From positions 11,594,001 through 11,658,000 of the forward strand of contig OX597817.1 in NCBI GenBank assembly GCA_951406725.2: 64,000 bases of DNA. Reading direction: 5' to 3'. The notes beneath the pieces were generated by a model. That model made no database searches. It was not told the origin of the DNA and was given only the letters and a program-made list of their open reading frames with translations. The position numbers and the translations under genes were made by a program. The DNA comes from Octopus vulgaris (lineage: Eukaryota). Positions 14,268-28,280 of this stretch are shown here, one piece after another (within the stretch, counting starts at the first letter, position 1; each line of letters starts with the position of its first letter).

Positions 14268-14790
14268 TGGGTTGGCAAGGAGGTAAGTTTTTTTCTTTTA
14301 GTGTGAAATAAAAGTCATTTGCTTTTTCATACAAAGAATGAACTTTAGTCAGTTATATATTTTCACTTGTATTCGATAACCTTTTGACATCTTTCTAGCA
14401 ACTTTATGATTCTGCGCTCATAGAACTTCTGGTCTTAATCTGAAGAGCCAGAATGAGGATATCTTCATAATTGAAAGTTTTGTCAGTGAAAGAATTTTGC
14501 AAACTTCGAAATAAATGGTAATCCGATGGCACAAGGTCAGAGCTATATGGAGGATGTGACATCACTTCACACCCAAGCTTCAATAATTTTTCACGAGTTA
14601 GCAAAGACAAGTATGGTCTAGAATTGTCATGGTGGAACACGATTCCTTTACGATTTGCCAATTCTGGCCGTTTTTCTTTGTTTGCTTTCTCCAGTTTCAT
14701 TAGTTGTTGACAGTAAACATCTGAATTGATCGTTTGTTTCTTTGGAAGCAGCTCAAAATACACAACACCTTTGTAACCTCATCAGCCTAC
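14268..14790 (-). pseudogene. Mariner (Tc1/mariner DD34D) transposase C-terminal remnant with probable 3' TIR
   Basis: YFELLP..QTINSDVYCQQL..L...RKGIVFHHDNSRP...HPPYSSDLVPSDYHLFRSLQN. Confidence 0.9.
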
Positions 14791-15086
14791 GCTTATAAAA
14801 GAAGACACTTCCACAAGTTGCCATGCAGTGAGACTGAACCCGGAAGCATGATGTTGGGAAGCAAATGTCATACCCAACAACCACACCACGAGTGAATGGT
14901 GAAACGAAAGAAAGTGGCACGCGACATATTTGGTAGGACTTACAGATATATTTCATACCAGTCTGACTTAGCTCCATAAAACTTAAAGTTTCGTGGACGC
15001 GTAGGACACCTCCAGCTCATCAGATGCTAAAAGATGTCATACGAAGTTGAATCAAACTGTTATTAGTCTCTCTCTCTCTCTCTCAC

Positions 15087-15132
<46 letters not shown>

Positions 15133-15216
15133 GACGGATGGACACACTTTAAATGAAGCTTGATCTTATTTTTAAGTGACCCTCCCTTTTAGTTATGCGC
15201 GTGTTGGTTAGTGTGC

Positions 15217-15293
<77 letters not shown>

Positions 15294-15940
15294 TTTGAGC
15301 GCGCGCGCTTGTATTTATGTATGTAGAACGAAAATGAACCAACACTTGAAATTAAGATGAATCCACATGTTGAAACGAATACATAAAGTAGTCTATAACT
15401 TCGAATATGTTCATATCTTTAGCAACCAAATGCTCACACTAATATATGAACGCATGATGCCTTCATCAGCATAACTGTGGTGAGAGGCGTATGAGAATTC
15501 TATTACCTACACCGTAACGTACAAATCCAGATATACGGAAATAGCTGAAACATGAAGTTCACAAATTCGGTCAGTATGTTGTGTTTTTTTTTAACTGTTT
15601 CCGTTAAACAGTTAAACGGATTACGATTTTACACCAGAATGCATAATTTCGCCGCTGGAGGCATCACTGGTCCATATATTCATATAAACAGTCGTATTGC
15701 TAAAAACACGACCATTTTCGAAGTCTGGGTGCTAGCAAGTTGAATCCACAATAACAAGCTCAACGAAATATATTCTGTCTTGCCTGGGACGAGCTCACTG
15801 GCAAAACAATAAATTTGGTTGGACTCAGGGTTAAGGATTAAACAGAAAGTATTGTGTAGTTGTGTAGTTGTTTAATATAAATATTGATTATATTTTGAAA
15901 CGCTTTTCTTCCTTTTAGCTACTCTTACATATCATTTTAT

Positions 15941-16050
<110 letters not shown>

Positions 16051-16937
16051 CGTGAGTGTGTTATAAGGCCACAAGTTGTCGGAACCATTAGAGCGTCGGA
16101 CAGACTGCTTCGCAGTGATCGTTCCGGCCCGCAACGCCCCCCAGTATTCAAATCCAATGGGGGATCGATCAGTCCTCTTGTGGGTTCCATTCATTTCATT
16201 TCCTTACTTTTTTTCTTTTTCTGCCTATCTCTCTTCGGGTTCCGCCAGGTCTAAAAATGTCACTCACCACATGTTATGAAGCTATGACAGGGTTATCCCT
16301 AAAACCCCACGAAGGAGTTGAGGTATGTGTATGTGTATGTGCATAGAGACAGACAGTGGAATAGAGGGGAAAATGATCTTCTCGACTCCGCCGTTCCCTC
16401 TTGCTCAGCATAGTTATGAGGGAATGACGATGTCGAGATGATCGTTTGTTTCCTTTTTGAAGCGGCTGGGATGGAATATGAAAGGAAATTCATGCGGAGT
16501 GGTGAGATAAGAATTTAATTAATTAAGCAACTCGGCTTCTTGATGAGAACAGGATGACAGACATTAGAAACTCTTCAATTAGGCTGTTGTATACTTTTAG
16601 AAACGGAAAAAAAATTTCTGAAAAAAAAAATGAATGACTGAACAGACTTACTGACAAACAGACAAACGGACGGACAAACTGACAGACGGACAGTCAGGGA
16701 GACAGGCTGAAACTCGAACATACAGACTGACTAACATGCTGGGTGGCTGCCTGATGGATGCAAAGATGGTAATGGAAAATGAATACAGGACGTAAAAGAA
16801 AAAGAGTGAGATAAGAAGGAAGGAAGAAAGAGAACGATCGACAAACATAAGGAAGGAAGGAAAGCATAAAGACGAGAAGAACGATACAAAAGCCGAATGA
16901 AATAATTTCAAAAATGAACGAGAATACCTATATATAT

Positions 16938-17140
16938 TCTCTTTTACTTGTTTCAGTCATTTGACTGCGGCCATGCTGGAGTACCGCCTTTTAGTCGAGC
17001 AAATCGACCCCGGGACTTATTCTCTGTAAGCCCAGTACTTATTCTATTGGCCTCTTTTGCCGAACCGCTAAGTTACGGGGACGTAAACACACCAGCATTG
17101 GTTGTCATGCAATGCTAGGGGGACAAACACAGACACACAA

Positions 17141-17177
<37 letters not shown>

Positions 17178-17343
17178 CATATATACGACAGGCTTCTTTC
17201 AGTTTCTGTCTACCAAATCCACTCACAAGGCATTGATCGGCCCGGGGCTATAGCAGAAGACACTTGCCCAAGATGCCACGCAGTGGGACTGAACCCGGAA
17301 CCATGTGGTTGGTTAGCAAGCTACTTACCACACAGCCACTCCT
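16938..17343 (-). mobile_element. SINE-A, near full length
   Basis: tRNA-like head, internal (TA)n(TG)n, tail gcagtcaaatgactgaaacaagtaaaagag. Confidence 0.9.
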
Positions 17344-17402
17344 AATATATATATATATATGTCTAGGTACATGCATATACACGTATGTGCATACACGTAT
17401 AT

Positions 17403-17928
17403 TCTTTTATTCTTTTACATTTTTCAGTCACTTGATTGCGGCCATGATGGAACACCGCCTTAAAGCTGTTTTGGGTTGAAAAAATCGACCCCAGGACTTA
17501 TTCTTTGTAAGCCTGGTACTTATTCTGTACGTCTCTTTTGCTGCCGAACCACTAAGTGACGGAGACGTAAACACACCATGGTTGGTTGTCAAACGATGGT
17601 GGAGGGACAAACATAAACACAAAGACACACACACATATATAAATATACATGCATACACGCACACACACACATACATACATACATACAAACATACATACAT
17701 GCATACATACATACATTCATACATATATATATATATGTGTGTGTGTGTGTGGGTGTCTGTGTTTGTCACACCCACCCCCAGCTTCGCTTGACAACCGATG
17801 TTGGTTCGTTTACGTCCCCGTGACTTAGTGGTTCGGCAGATCTATAGAATAAATCCTTGGGTCGATATTTGTTCGACTAAAGGTGGTGCTCCCGCATGGC
17901 CGCAGTCAAATGACTGACACAAATAAAA

Positions 17929-17930
<2 letters not shown>
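17403..17930. mobile_element. Two SINE-A 3' halves joined back-to-back through a microsatellite
   Basis: 17403-17640 is a minus-strand 3' half and 17750-17930 a plus-strand 3' half; neither has a head. Confidence 0.75.
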
Positions 17931-17959
<29 letters not shown>

Positions 17960-18711
17960 GTAAAAATCATGTATTGTCGCACAAGATAACTGCCATGTAG
18001 ATTTGAATATCGCTCCCAAAATCAGCGAAAAGCAGAATATTTGTAGACAACTGTTTCGAAACCTACAGCTTGTGTAACCTGATTATAAATTCGTATTTAT
18101 ACAAATAATTATTGATGCATTTGGTTTTATTAGTAAATGCTTCATGTAACAATTCTAGCCTCAAAATTGCTTTCCAAATTCCATTAACGGAAACAACCAA
18201 AAGCAAACAACCAAAAAAAAAAAAAAAAGGGATTCAGATATACGTATAGATTGTCTGCATGTAAAGGCTAACATGTAGGTCAACAATAAAACGCTTGAAG
18301 ATACTTGTTTTTGAAGTGAGTAGGGGAATATATACAACTAATAACGAATGAAGATGGAAATATCTACGTGATCGCTCATCCTGATAACAAATAAAAGCCA
18401 AATATCCATTAAATAACATCTCACCATTTAAGAAACAAGAAAGTACCAGAAGAGTGAACTAAGTTAAAATGGAAGCCAGATTGTAGCCTATTGTCTTTAA
18501 AATATTGTCCTTAGGTTAAGGGAGATATGATGATAATGGAATGGTCAAAGTTTGGGTGGGGTCTAATATCATAAGTCTGCACGTTCATCATCTTTGATCC
18601 AAGATCTGCTTCGAGGAGGTTACATAACTGTAGCAACAAAAACAATAGATCTGTTTTGAATGGTTTAACTCGAGGCAAATAAAGTTACTCTCACACACGC
18701 ACACACACACT

Positions 18712-19017
18712 CATGTGAACTCTAGTGAAAATTGCAGCAGAATAAGAAAGCAATAAAAAAAGATGTCCTTCTCGAGCCTGCCAGGCTCATAAGAGCTGGT
18801 TTCCGGTTTCAGTGGCGTAGAAATTCCCTACCGGACGGGACGCCGGTCCGTCGCAGGATTACTCATTTTTGCCAGCTGAGTGGACTGGAGCAACGTGAAA
18901 ATGAAGTGTTTTGCTCAAGAACACAACGCATCGCCCAGTCCAGGAATCAAACCACAACCTTATGATCATGAGTTCAACACCCTAACCACTAATCCACGTG
19001 TCTCCACAGAAAGCAAT
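18712..19017 (-). mobile_element. tRNA-headed V/CORE-like SINE plus flank; left arm of an inverted duplication
   Basis: SINE bounded by TSD AGAAAGCAATAA; reverse complement of 19577-19891. Confidence 0.85.
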
Positions 19018-19067
19018 AAGAGAGTGAAAATAGATTCATCTGGTTTGATAGAAATGAAAATAACATG

Positions 19068-19133
<66 letters not shown>

Positions 19134-19576
19134 ACACATAGCGTGTAAACATTGGTTTTAAAAAAGCCATTTGGATAAGAAAATTCGAAGAGCGACCTCA
19201 ACGAACGGCAATAGACCTATGAGTTTGTGATATTTTCAAGATCCAGGTTATCATTTTGGAGGCAGGCTGGTCCACTTGACGCCGTTTTTCCTTCAAAAGA
19301 AAAACAGGCACCTTAACCACTATCACCACTCTATCACTACCACCGACACCACCGGTACCACCGCCAACACCACTTACTATGATCATTCCCGAGCCAATGT
19401 AGGAGTCACTATGCTACTCGATCTGCTAGAAATAACATCCAAATCTTCCTTAAATTACACTTAACTGTCTTTTGACACATAAGTGTACATTATGCCTAAA
19501 AGATGGCATGTCTGAAAGATTATTGGTTAAAATGGTTCGATCGATAAGACTGCTCGATCAGAGGGATTTTATGTTT

Positions 19577-19891
19577 TGCTTTCTAGTGGAGACACGTGGC
19601 TTAGTGGTTAGGGTGTTGAACTCGTGATCATAAAGTTGTGGTTTCGATTCCTGGACTGGGCGATGCGTTGTGTTCTTGAGCAAAACACTTCATTTTCACG
19701 TTGCTCTAGTCCACTCAGCTGGCAAAAATGAGTAATCCTGCGACGGACCGGCGTCCCGTCCGGTAGGGGAATTTCTACGCCACTGAAACCGGGAAACCGG
19801 CTCTTATGAGCCTGGCATGGCTCGAGAAGGAACATCTTTTTTTTTTTTATTGCTTTCTTATTCTGCTGCAATTTTCACCTAGAGTTCACAT
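19577..19891 (+). mobile_element. tRNA-headed V/CORE-like SINE plus flank; right arm of the inverted duplication
   Basis: GTGGAGACACGTGGCTTAGTGGTTAGG...GTTTCGATTCC head; same TSD word and about 35-40 bp of the same 3' flank as the left arm. Confidence 0.85.
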
Positions 19892-20065
19892 GTTTTCTAT
19901 GGTACCATATGATCCCATTAGTTATGTTATTTTTGACTGTTGCTTTGATATAATTTTGTGGGCATAGAATCTTCAGTTCAAATATTTATCAAGTTGCTGG
20001 TATCGATTATTTACTGAGGACAAGACATTATGATGCAGTGAACACTTTAATACGATTAAAGAATA

Positions 20066-20274
20066 ATGGTTTCAAATTTTGGCGCAAGGCCAGCAATTTC
20101 GGGGGTGGGGATAAGTCAATTACATATAACCCAGTGCTCAGGTGGTTCTTATTTTATCGGGCCCAAAAGAATAAAGGGCAAAGTCGACCTCGGTGAAATT
20201 TGAATGTAAAGACAGACGAAATGCCGTTAACCACTTTGTCCGGAGTGCTAACGATTCTGCCAGCTCGCCGCCTT
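20066..20274 (-). mobile_element. Older SINE-B copy
   Basis: ggcggcgagctggcagaatcgttagcac head on the minus strand; gtcgactttgccc body. Confidence 0.8.
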
Positions 20275-22382
20275 ACGACTAAAGAATATTGTGACTGATT
20301 GTTATGTTGTTGATAATCGACCTAAAGCATATAACTTTCGAAACCACACAAGTAGTCATTTTTTAAGTTCTCTGGTTGCTTTTTTTTGCGGGATTGGGGG
20401 AAGAAAATTGTAGCTTTATTTTATATCTAAATGTTTCTGTATGTAAATTATTCCATAAAATGTCGTTTCGACAACTATGTGTCCAACGAAAAGTTGTGTT
20501 ATGATTTTCTACATATATCTAGAAAATACGTTCCGGAGGGTCATATGTAGTTGCTCGATCTGCTAGAAATAGTTGCGTAATACTTCTCAAATTTCACTTG
20601 CACTGACTGAAAGAAGAACGGATAGAGTTGATAATCTTGATTTATCATATCAAATAATAATTTTTTTTTTTTTTTTAAAAAGCAGTATTTTCATAGTTGG
20701 AAATCCTTTGGTCATTCATAGGCCAAAACGGTTGACCGTGGGACGAATAACAGTAAATTTATTGTCTGTAAATGGAAGTTAGCGCTATTGCTCATGACGT
20801 CACTACTAAGCCTTCATTGAATACTCCTGATAAAAGACATACTAATCGTGACTATCTCAGCTTTTTTCCAAACATTGTATGAAGGATTGGTAAGGTGGGA
20901 AGGGAGTGAAACTTGACTGCTATTTCTAGTTTATAACGACACCTCGTTGAAATTCCATCGCTGACTTTTACTTTCATGCGATTAAAGAGATTAGTGGCTG
21001 AACTACCATCTGTTTTCTGATCATATCTAAAACCCGTTACTTTCAAATGATATAGTTATATTTCCCTCACTCCTCCCAACTATGTTTCGTAAATTAGTGT
21101 TTGAGCCTTTTGTTGTGCTTAATTATAATAAATCTATGGTTAACTTTCAGAGATAACTGGGTACTACCGGGATGATTTGCCTAAATACTACATGAAAATA
21201 AAGACAGTATGAGATTAAATACACAAAATATTACTATTCATCTAATATATGCTAATAAAGACCGTTATCTAAATATTAGACAGCACAAATCGGTGAAATA
21301 GATCCTTCTCATTACTATAGATGATATCATCTGAATCCCTGAAACAAATAAGCTCTCCGTAGGATCTCTGAATATCGAAATAAAATATACGTATATTCTG
21401 TATAATTGAGTATCAAGTTCTTATTTGAAGTATGGTTTCCTAGATCTTTACTAGGTATATTCTGTATAAACTATAGATGATACAGAGGTATCAAGGTGTG
21501 TGTATATATATATAGCAGTGGGAGAGAGATATTGAAAGTGGTAAAGTTGCTGGCGCTTTACTTGCACTTAAAAAAGAATATGTTAGGGTATGTTAGACAA
21601 AACATCTCAAATACTGATCCCTTTTAAAACAGTTGAAGGAAGTGTTGCGGCCCCACACATACCTTCCTATTCTCCCCACTCTCTCGCTCGCTCTCTCTTA
21701 TACACAAACACACGCAAATATACGCACGGTGCGTGTACACAACACATCCACACATTTACATATTTAAGAGACAAGATAAAGGTTGTTTGGTGAGTTTGTG
21801 ACGATGTAACGAATGCGTCACAGAGGACGCACACCTACAAACACACCACTCTACAAACATTCTGGAATACAGAAGGGACGGTCGAGTGGGAAGGGGGGGG
21901 TCATTTTATGTCTAATTTCAGTTGTTCAAGACTAACAACAAAAACGGAAAAACAAAAAGGAACGGAAAGGGTGGGTTAGCAGCAGCGGTGATTGTGGTGA
22001 TAGGTAGAGGAGGTAGGAGTAGTGTCACTTGTGGAGGTAATTGAGGTAGTAAGTAAACGAAGGAGGGGAGGGAGGATGAAGGAGCAGGGGGGGAGGGGTG
22101 GCAATTTGGGTGGGGGAATGAGGTAGATGAGGGCAGAGTTTGTAACACTGTTGGTGGTGATTGAAGATGTTGGGAATGGTGAAGCTGGAATGGTGAGGGT
22201 GAGATGATGGGGTAGGTGGACTAGAGTTGGTTCGGTTGAAATAATGGCGTAGTGATGTTGGTAGTAGAAACTTGAGGGTTCTATGCGTGGAAGTAGGGTC
22301 TTATATGAATTTTGATGATCAGGAAAAATGGATGGTGGCGGAGGAGTTAAGTAGTGGAGGTCATGGCAACGACATGTTTTCT

Positions 22383-22817
22383 TATTGTCGTTGTTGTGTA
22401 GTCTTAAATCCTATAGATCTATGATTCAAAGACGTTCCACTCATGACTATCTCGTCTTTCTGTTTATCTATTGTCGTTGTTGTGTAGTCTTAAATCCTAT
22501 AGATCTATGATTCAAAGACGTTCCACTCATGACTATCTCGTCTTTCTGTTTATCTATTGTCGTTGTTGTGTAGTCTTAAATCCTATAGATCTATGATTCA
22601 AAGACGTTCCACTCATGACTATCTCGTCTTTCTGTTTATCTATTGTCGTTGTTGTGTAGTCTTAAATCCTATAGATCTATGATTCAAAGACGTTCCACTC
22701 ATGACTATCTCGTCTTTCTGTTTATCTATTGTCGTTGTTGTGTAGTCTTAAATCCTATAGATCTATGATTCAAAGACGTTCCACTCATGACTATCTCGCT
22801 TTTCTGTTTATCTATTG
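22383..22817. repeat. Tandem array of an 86-bp unit x5, near-perfect
   Basis: Unit tattgtcgttgttgtgtagtcttaaatcctatagatctatgattcaaagacgttccactcatgactatctcgtctttctgtttatc starts at 22383, 22469, 22555, 22641 and 22727. Confidence 0.97.
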
Positions 22818-23069
22818 CATGTTTGCAATAACATGCTCTTGTTTTTGAGAGGCTACCGCATGAGTTGAGGAACATTTAGCTGCTATTTTTATCACGATGG
22901 TGATGGTACATGGTTGATGAGAATAATAGTGATGTTGATAGTGATGGTGTTGGTAAGAAAATAGGTGTGTTGATGTCAGAGGCGGCGGAGTTGATGATGC
23001 TGTGTGAGTGAGGACTGAGGCTGCAGTATTGGTAATTGTATTGTTCGTTATAGTGATTATTAATTGTAA

Positions 23070-23108
23070 CAGTAGTAATAACAGCAGTAGCAACAACAGT
23101 AGTAGAAT

Positions 23109-23153
<45 letters not shown>

Positions 23154-23253
23154 GAGGAGGAGGAGGAGGAGTAGTAGTTGTTGTTGTAGCAGCTAATAGT
23201 AGTAGTAGTAGTGGTGGTGGTGGTGGTGGTATTGTTGTTGTTGGTAGTAGTAA

Positions 23254-23289
<36 letters not shown>

Positions 23290-23520
23290 TAGTAATAGTA
23301 GTAGTAGTAGTAGCACCCGTGATAGTGGTAGTTCTTGATGATGTTGGTAATAACAAGTGATAATGTGCTGTAGAATGAGGTGGGAGTAAAACGATAATGA
23401 TGTCGAGGAGGGAGTAAAACGGTAATTATGTCGAGGAGGATAAGGAGCCAGACGGTGGTGGTGGCGGTGGTGGTGTTAGTGGTGATGATGAGGATGGTGG
23501 TGGTGGTGGTGGTGGTAGCA
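23070..23520. repeat. Compound trinucleotide repeats (AGT/AGG/GGT/GTT)n
   Basis: Directly visible. Confidence 0.9.
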
Positions 23521-24195
23521 CTAGGGCTTGTGCTGACGGGTAGGACAGGGGAATGCTTCGAATTCGCATAAGGAAAGAAGAGAATGGCCTAGATGCTTGG
23601 TAGAAATGAGTGAATAATGACTGACCCGAGACAACACACCAACATCATCTCTGACTGATTCACCGTTTCTGTACCAATCTCACCGCTAATTTTTCTCATC
23701 TTCTGCCCCACTGTGCCCACAATCAGTCTGTCTGTGCGTGTACAGAGGTGTAACATCAGTGTATGTATGAGTATATGATGGATGATGTGTGTGTATGGTT
23801 TTAATGCGTGTATGTTTGTCTACGGTCTCTGTTTGAGTTTGAATATCTCTGTTTATATGGCGACGTTTGCTTATTTGTATGGACATGCTTAGTGTCGGCT
23901 TCTGTGTCTGTCTATACGAGTATGTATATTTATGTGTGGATTAATGTTTATTCATGTACCTGTGTATTTAAAGGGGGTTTCATGTGTCTATTTGCATTTG
24001 TTTTAGTTTTCTGGGGGTTTTTGTGTGTGTATACGTTTCGTTTTCGTTTAGTAGACGTGTGCTTGCATACGTATGTCTCTTTAGGTGTCAATGATTGTAG
24101 ATTTAACCTTCTTAGTGCATGCAAAGCTTCACAACCTATGCATACGTGCAAATTTGTAGGTGTAGGTACGCCCCTGTATATATATATATATATAG

Positions 24196-24241
<46 letters not shown>

Positions 24242-24607
24242 ACCTATTTAGCTATCTATCTATCTATTTATCTGTCTATGTTTATTGAAATGGATAAATG
24301 AATTATCTTGTTAAGGATTATTCAAAATTTAACCGATACCTGGGTATTTATCTGTCTATATATCTATCTATCAATCTGTCTGTCTGTAAGTGTGTGCATG
24401 CATACACATACACACGCATACACATATATGTATATATAAGTACACACACACATATATATACACATATACACGCGCGCACGTGCATGCACACACACACACA
24501 CAGACATATTTATCTAATAAATATATATCACTATCTGTGTATCATACTAAATGTATACACAATTGTAAAAGGCATGAAGCTGTGAAATTGTTTGCGATAA
24601 AATCTCA

Positions 24608-24815
24608 TCATAGACTTGCTGCGTTAGAAACACAATATACAATGGGGCCACGCGCGAGTACGATAAAAGCGTTTTGTCCACGTTGATGCTTGACAATGCT
24701 TCTCTTTTGATTGTTACCTGCTTGAATGAAAGTTTTGCTATAGGAAACAATGAATCTGGCAGGGCGATGTTCCTCTTACTCAGCTATATATTGTGTTTTT
24801 AACACAAGTCTATGA
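24608..24815. mobile_element. Old MITE-like element with about 30-bp imperfect terminal inverted repeats
   Basis: tcatagacttg..ttagaaacacaatata (24608-24639) versus tatattgtgtttttaa..caagtctatga (24787-24815). Confidence 0.5.
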
Positions 24816-25027
24816 AAGTATCTCATTTCAGACAAGTCCACGGCTTCATGCCAAGTGTGTGTACATTTATGAAGATAAACAAACGGCGATTCTGCGCCAG
24901 TTACGCTAAGAAGCATTGCAGGGTACCAGGATTTTCGTCTCTAGTCCTATATGATAAAGTACTCCAAATTGTGGAATCTAAACCGGCTAGTTTGTACTGA
25001 CATCGAGTCGTAAAATTTATATATATA

Positions 25028-25757
25028 CTAGCTGACCCTGTGCCGTCGAAAATGACGGCTAATTGTAGTATTTTATATATAAATAAGATATAAGATTAGG
25101 TACATAATAATCACAGATACGAACATTTGCATACACACATAAACTCAAACAGAGATGAAATGCTGTTTGATTTTTCTTTTCAGCGTTGAACGTTCGCTAT
25201 CCCATTTCCATTGCACACACACACAAACGTACACACACACACTCTCTCTCTCTCACACACACACACTCACACATACACAAACAAACAAACGCACACACAC
25301 ACACAAATATTCACATACCTCCCTTTTACACACACACACATATGCTCACACAGACTTGAAACGCTGATTTTTTTTCACCTCTCCTTTCGATATTCATCTA
25401 TCACCCGTTCCTTTCTCATTCATATGTTGTGACGGACAAAAATAGAAGGTACAGGACGTGCTCTTTGCGACTTCCTTTCTCTCATTGCTATTACTTTCTC
25501 TTTCTTTCTCTCTCTCTCTCTCTCTCTCTCAGTCAGGGCTATTACTCTCACTACTTCTCCTTCACTGAATTAGTATTTTCAAGCCTTTCTCTTGCCTTTT
25601 ACTCCTCTTTCTCCTACTCCGTCCTACACCTACTCTGTGACTTTGGACATATATATATATATATATATACAGTATTTATATATATATATATATATATATA
25701 AATACTGTGCTCAATATATATATATATAAACACGACGGTCATTATCATATTAGGAGA
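25028..25757 (-). mobile_element. Non-autonomous Helitron (second family)
   Basis: Minus-strand start A|TCTCCTAATATG; 3' hairpin GCCGTC-attttc-GACGGC about 10 nt before CTAG|T. Confidence 0.7.
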
Positions 25758-26110
25758 TATTTATCACATAAATCTGAAATGTACGTATCAGGCGATTTCA
25801 AAATATTACCATTTGGGATGACTTCATTACTTCAACTTGAAAGACAATGACCAAAATATCTGATAAGTAAATAACGATTGACTCTAACATCACCCTTTCT
25901 ATAGTCATCTTAGTGACATTTTCTTCATCTTTCGCAAGTAGGTGTGTGTATGTAATTGACCATATATAGAAGCTGACCAGAAACAATTGATTGCAAAGCA
26001 AACATAAGAAATGAACAAAACACTTTATCAAAATGAGTTTACTATTGAAGAATATTGCTGACGCAATCGCGTGAGAGTTAATGGCGCAATTTTCTAAAGA
26101 AATCATTTGT

Positions 26111-26273
26111 AGCGGGAGTGGCTGTGTGTTAAGTAGCTTGCTAACCAACTACATGGTTCCGGGTTCAGTCCCACTGCGTGGCATCTTGGGCAAGTGTCTT
26201 CTACTATAGTCCCGGGCCGACCAATGCCTTGTGAGTGGATTTGGTATACGGAAACTGAAAGAAGCCTGTCGTA

Positions 26274-26354
<81 letters not shown>

Positions 26355-26563
26355 TTGTATGTCTGTGTTTCTCTCCCTAGCATTGCTTGACAACCGATGC
26401 TAGTGTGTTTATGTCCCCGTCACTTAGCGGTTCGGCAAAAGAGACCGATAGAATAAGTACTGGGCTTACAAAGAATAAGTCCCGGGGTCGATTTGCTCGA
26501 CTAAAGGCGGTGCTCCAGCATGGCCGCAGTCAAATGACTGAAACAAGTAAAAGAATAAAAGAG
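26111..26563 (+). mobile_element. SINE-A, full length
   Basis: gagtggctgtgtg..gggttcagtccc head, (TA)n(TG)n, canonical tail. Confidence 0.9.
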
Positions 26564-26827
26564 TAACATACGAATTTAAAAGCAAATGCCCCCTCCATCT
26601 ACCGCACCACACACACACACACATACACGCGCACGCACGCACCCAACCTTTACATTAAAGTGTTGCTGACGCGATGTGAAATACCATCGTTTGTGATAGG
26701 AGTCTGTCCAAAACGTTTGCTGAGACGATTGTTCGATCACAAAGTTGTATAGGACTGACAGTGGTGGTAGCAGTGGTAAACAGTCCACCACTACCACACT
26801 AACAGTATCATCCCGCCGTCAATATCA

Positions 26828-26880
26828 CAACCACCACTACCACCATCACCACCACCACCACCACCACCACCACCACCACC

Positions 26881-26911
<31 letters not shown>

Positions 26912-27047
26912 CCACCATCAACACCATTACCATCAGGAACAATATGACGACGGTCGGTAAACCTCCCACATTCATCACCACCACCACCCCCACCACTACC
27001 ATTAACTCCCACTTCTCCCAAAATCTAACAATAAAAAAACCAATAAT

Positions 27048-27089
<42 letters not shown>

Positions 27090-27241
27090 GATCAAAACTA
27101 CAACTGCTGCTGTTACTACTACTACTACTACTACTACTACGATCACCACTACAACTGCTGCTGCTACTACTACTACTACTACTACTACTCCCGATGCTAG
27201 TACTACTACTACTACTACTACAATCACCACTACAACTGCTG

Positions 27242-27323
<82 letters not shown>
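26828..27323. repeat. (CAC)n/(CAT)n and interrupted (ACT)n triplet repeats
   Basis: Directly visible; yields the spurious poly-His and poly-Thr ORFs. Confidence 0.9.
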
Positions 27324-27325
<2 letters not shown>

Positions 27326-27652
27326 CAAGGAATGGAAATACTGCAGAGGACTACATTTGAGAACATGCATCAGTGCATATGTGACATTGGTGTGGACGGT
27401 AGTAAGAAGCTAGTTAAGACAAATGGAACATTAATTAGTAGGGGGGAGAGGGGGAAGAGGGGGGGAGGTAGCTGTGGAGATGAACAGACTTTGTTTGAAC
27501 AGGAGTTCATATATTATAACATGTTTACTCTTCAATAGATAGGTTATTGCGGTCATTCCGTACAGTTGCACCGACCATAAAAAGTAAACGACTCTCTCCA
27601 TTCTTTACGAACCCCATCACACACACACACACACAACACTTACACACAAACC

Positions 27653-27725
27653 CATACATACGTACATACATACATATATACATACATACATACATACATA
27701 CATACATACATACATACATACATAC

Positions 27726-27756
<31 letters not shown>

Positions 27757-28280
27757 CAAAGATCCATACAAACATACATACAAACATACATATATACATA
27801 CATACATACATATACACATACATGCATACATGCACGCGCGAACACGCCTTTGCATATGTACATACATACATACAAACATACATACATGCATACATACACA
27901 CGTACATACATACATACATACATACATACATACATACACACATGCATATATACATGCATACAAACATATATATATATATATATACATACAAAGATCCATA
28001 CAAGCATACATACAAACATACATACAAACATACAAACATACATACATACATACATACATACATACACACATACATACACACGTACATACATACATATATA
28101 CATGCATACAAACATATATATTATACATACAAAGATCCATACAAACATACACACAAACATACATACAAACACATACAAACATAGATACAAACATACATAA
28201 AATACATACATACATACATACATACACACATACACACATACATACATACATACGTACATGCACACGCGAACACGCCTTTG
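27653..28280. repeat. (TACA)n-based satellite with higher-order units
   Basis: caaagatccataca occurs three times and cgcgaacacgcctttg twice inside (TACA)n. Confidence 0.85.

Noticed and set aside
22383-22817. CRISPR-like periodic array
   Set aside because: Units are identical end to end with no unique spacers, no cas genes and a eukaryotic context
26745-27360. Poly-His and mucin-like poly-Thr ORFs
   Set aside because: Pure (CAC)n and (ACT)n microsatellites, open in several frames by construction
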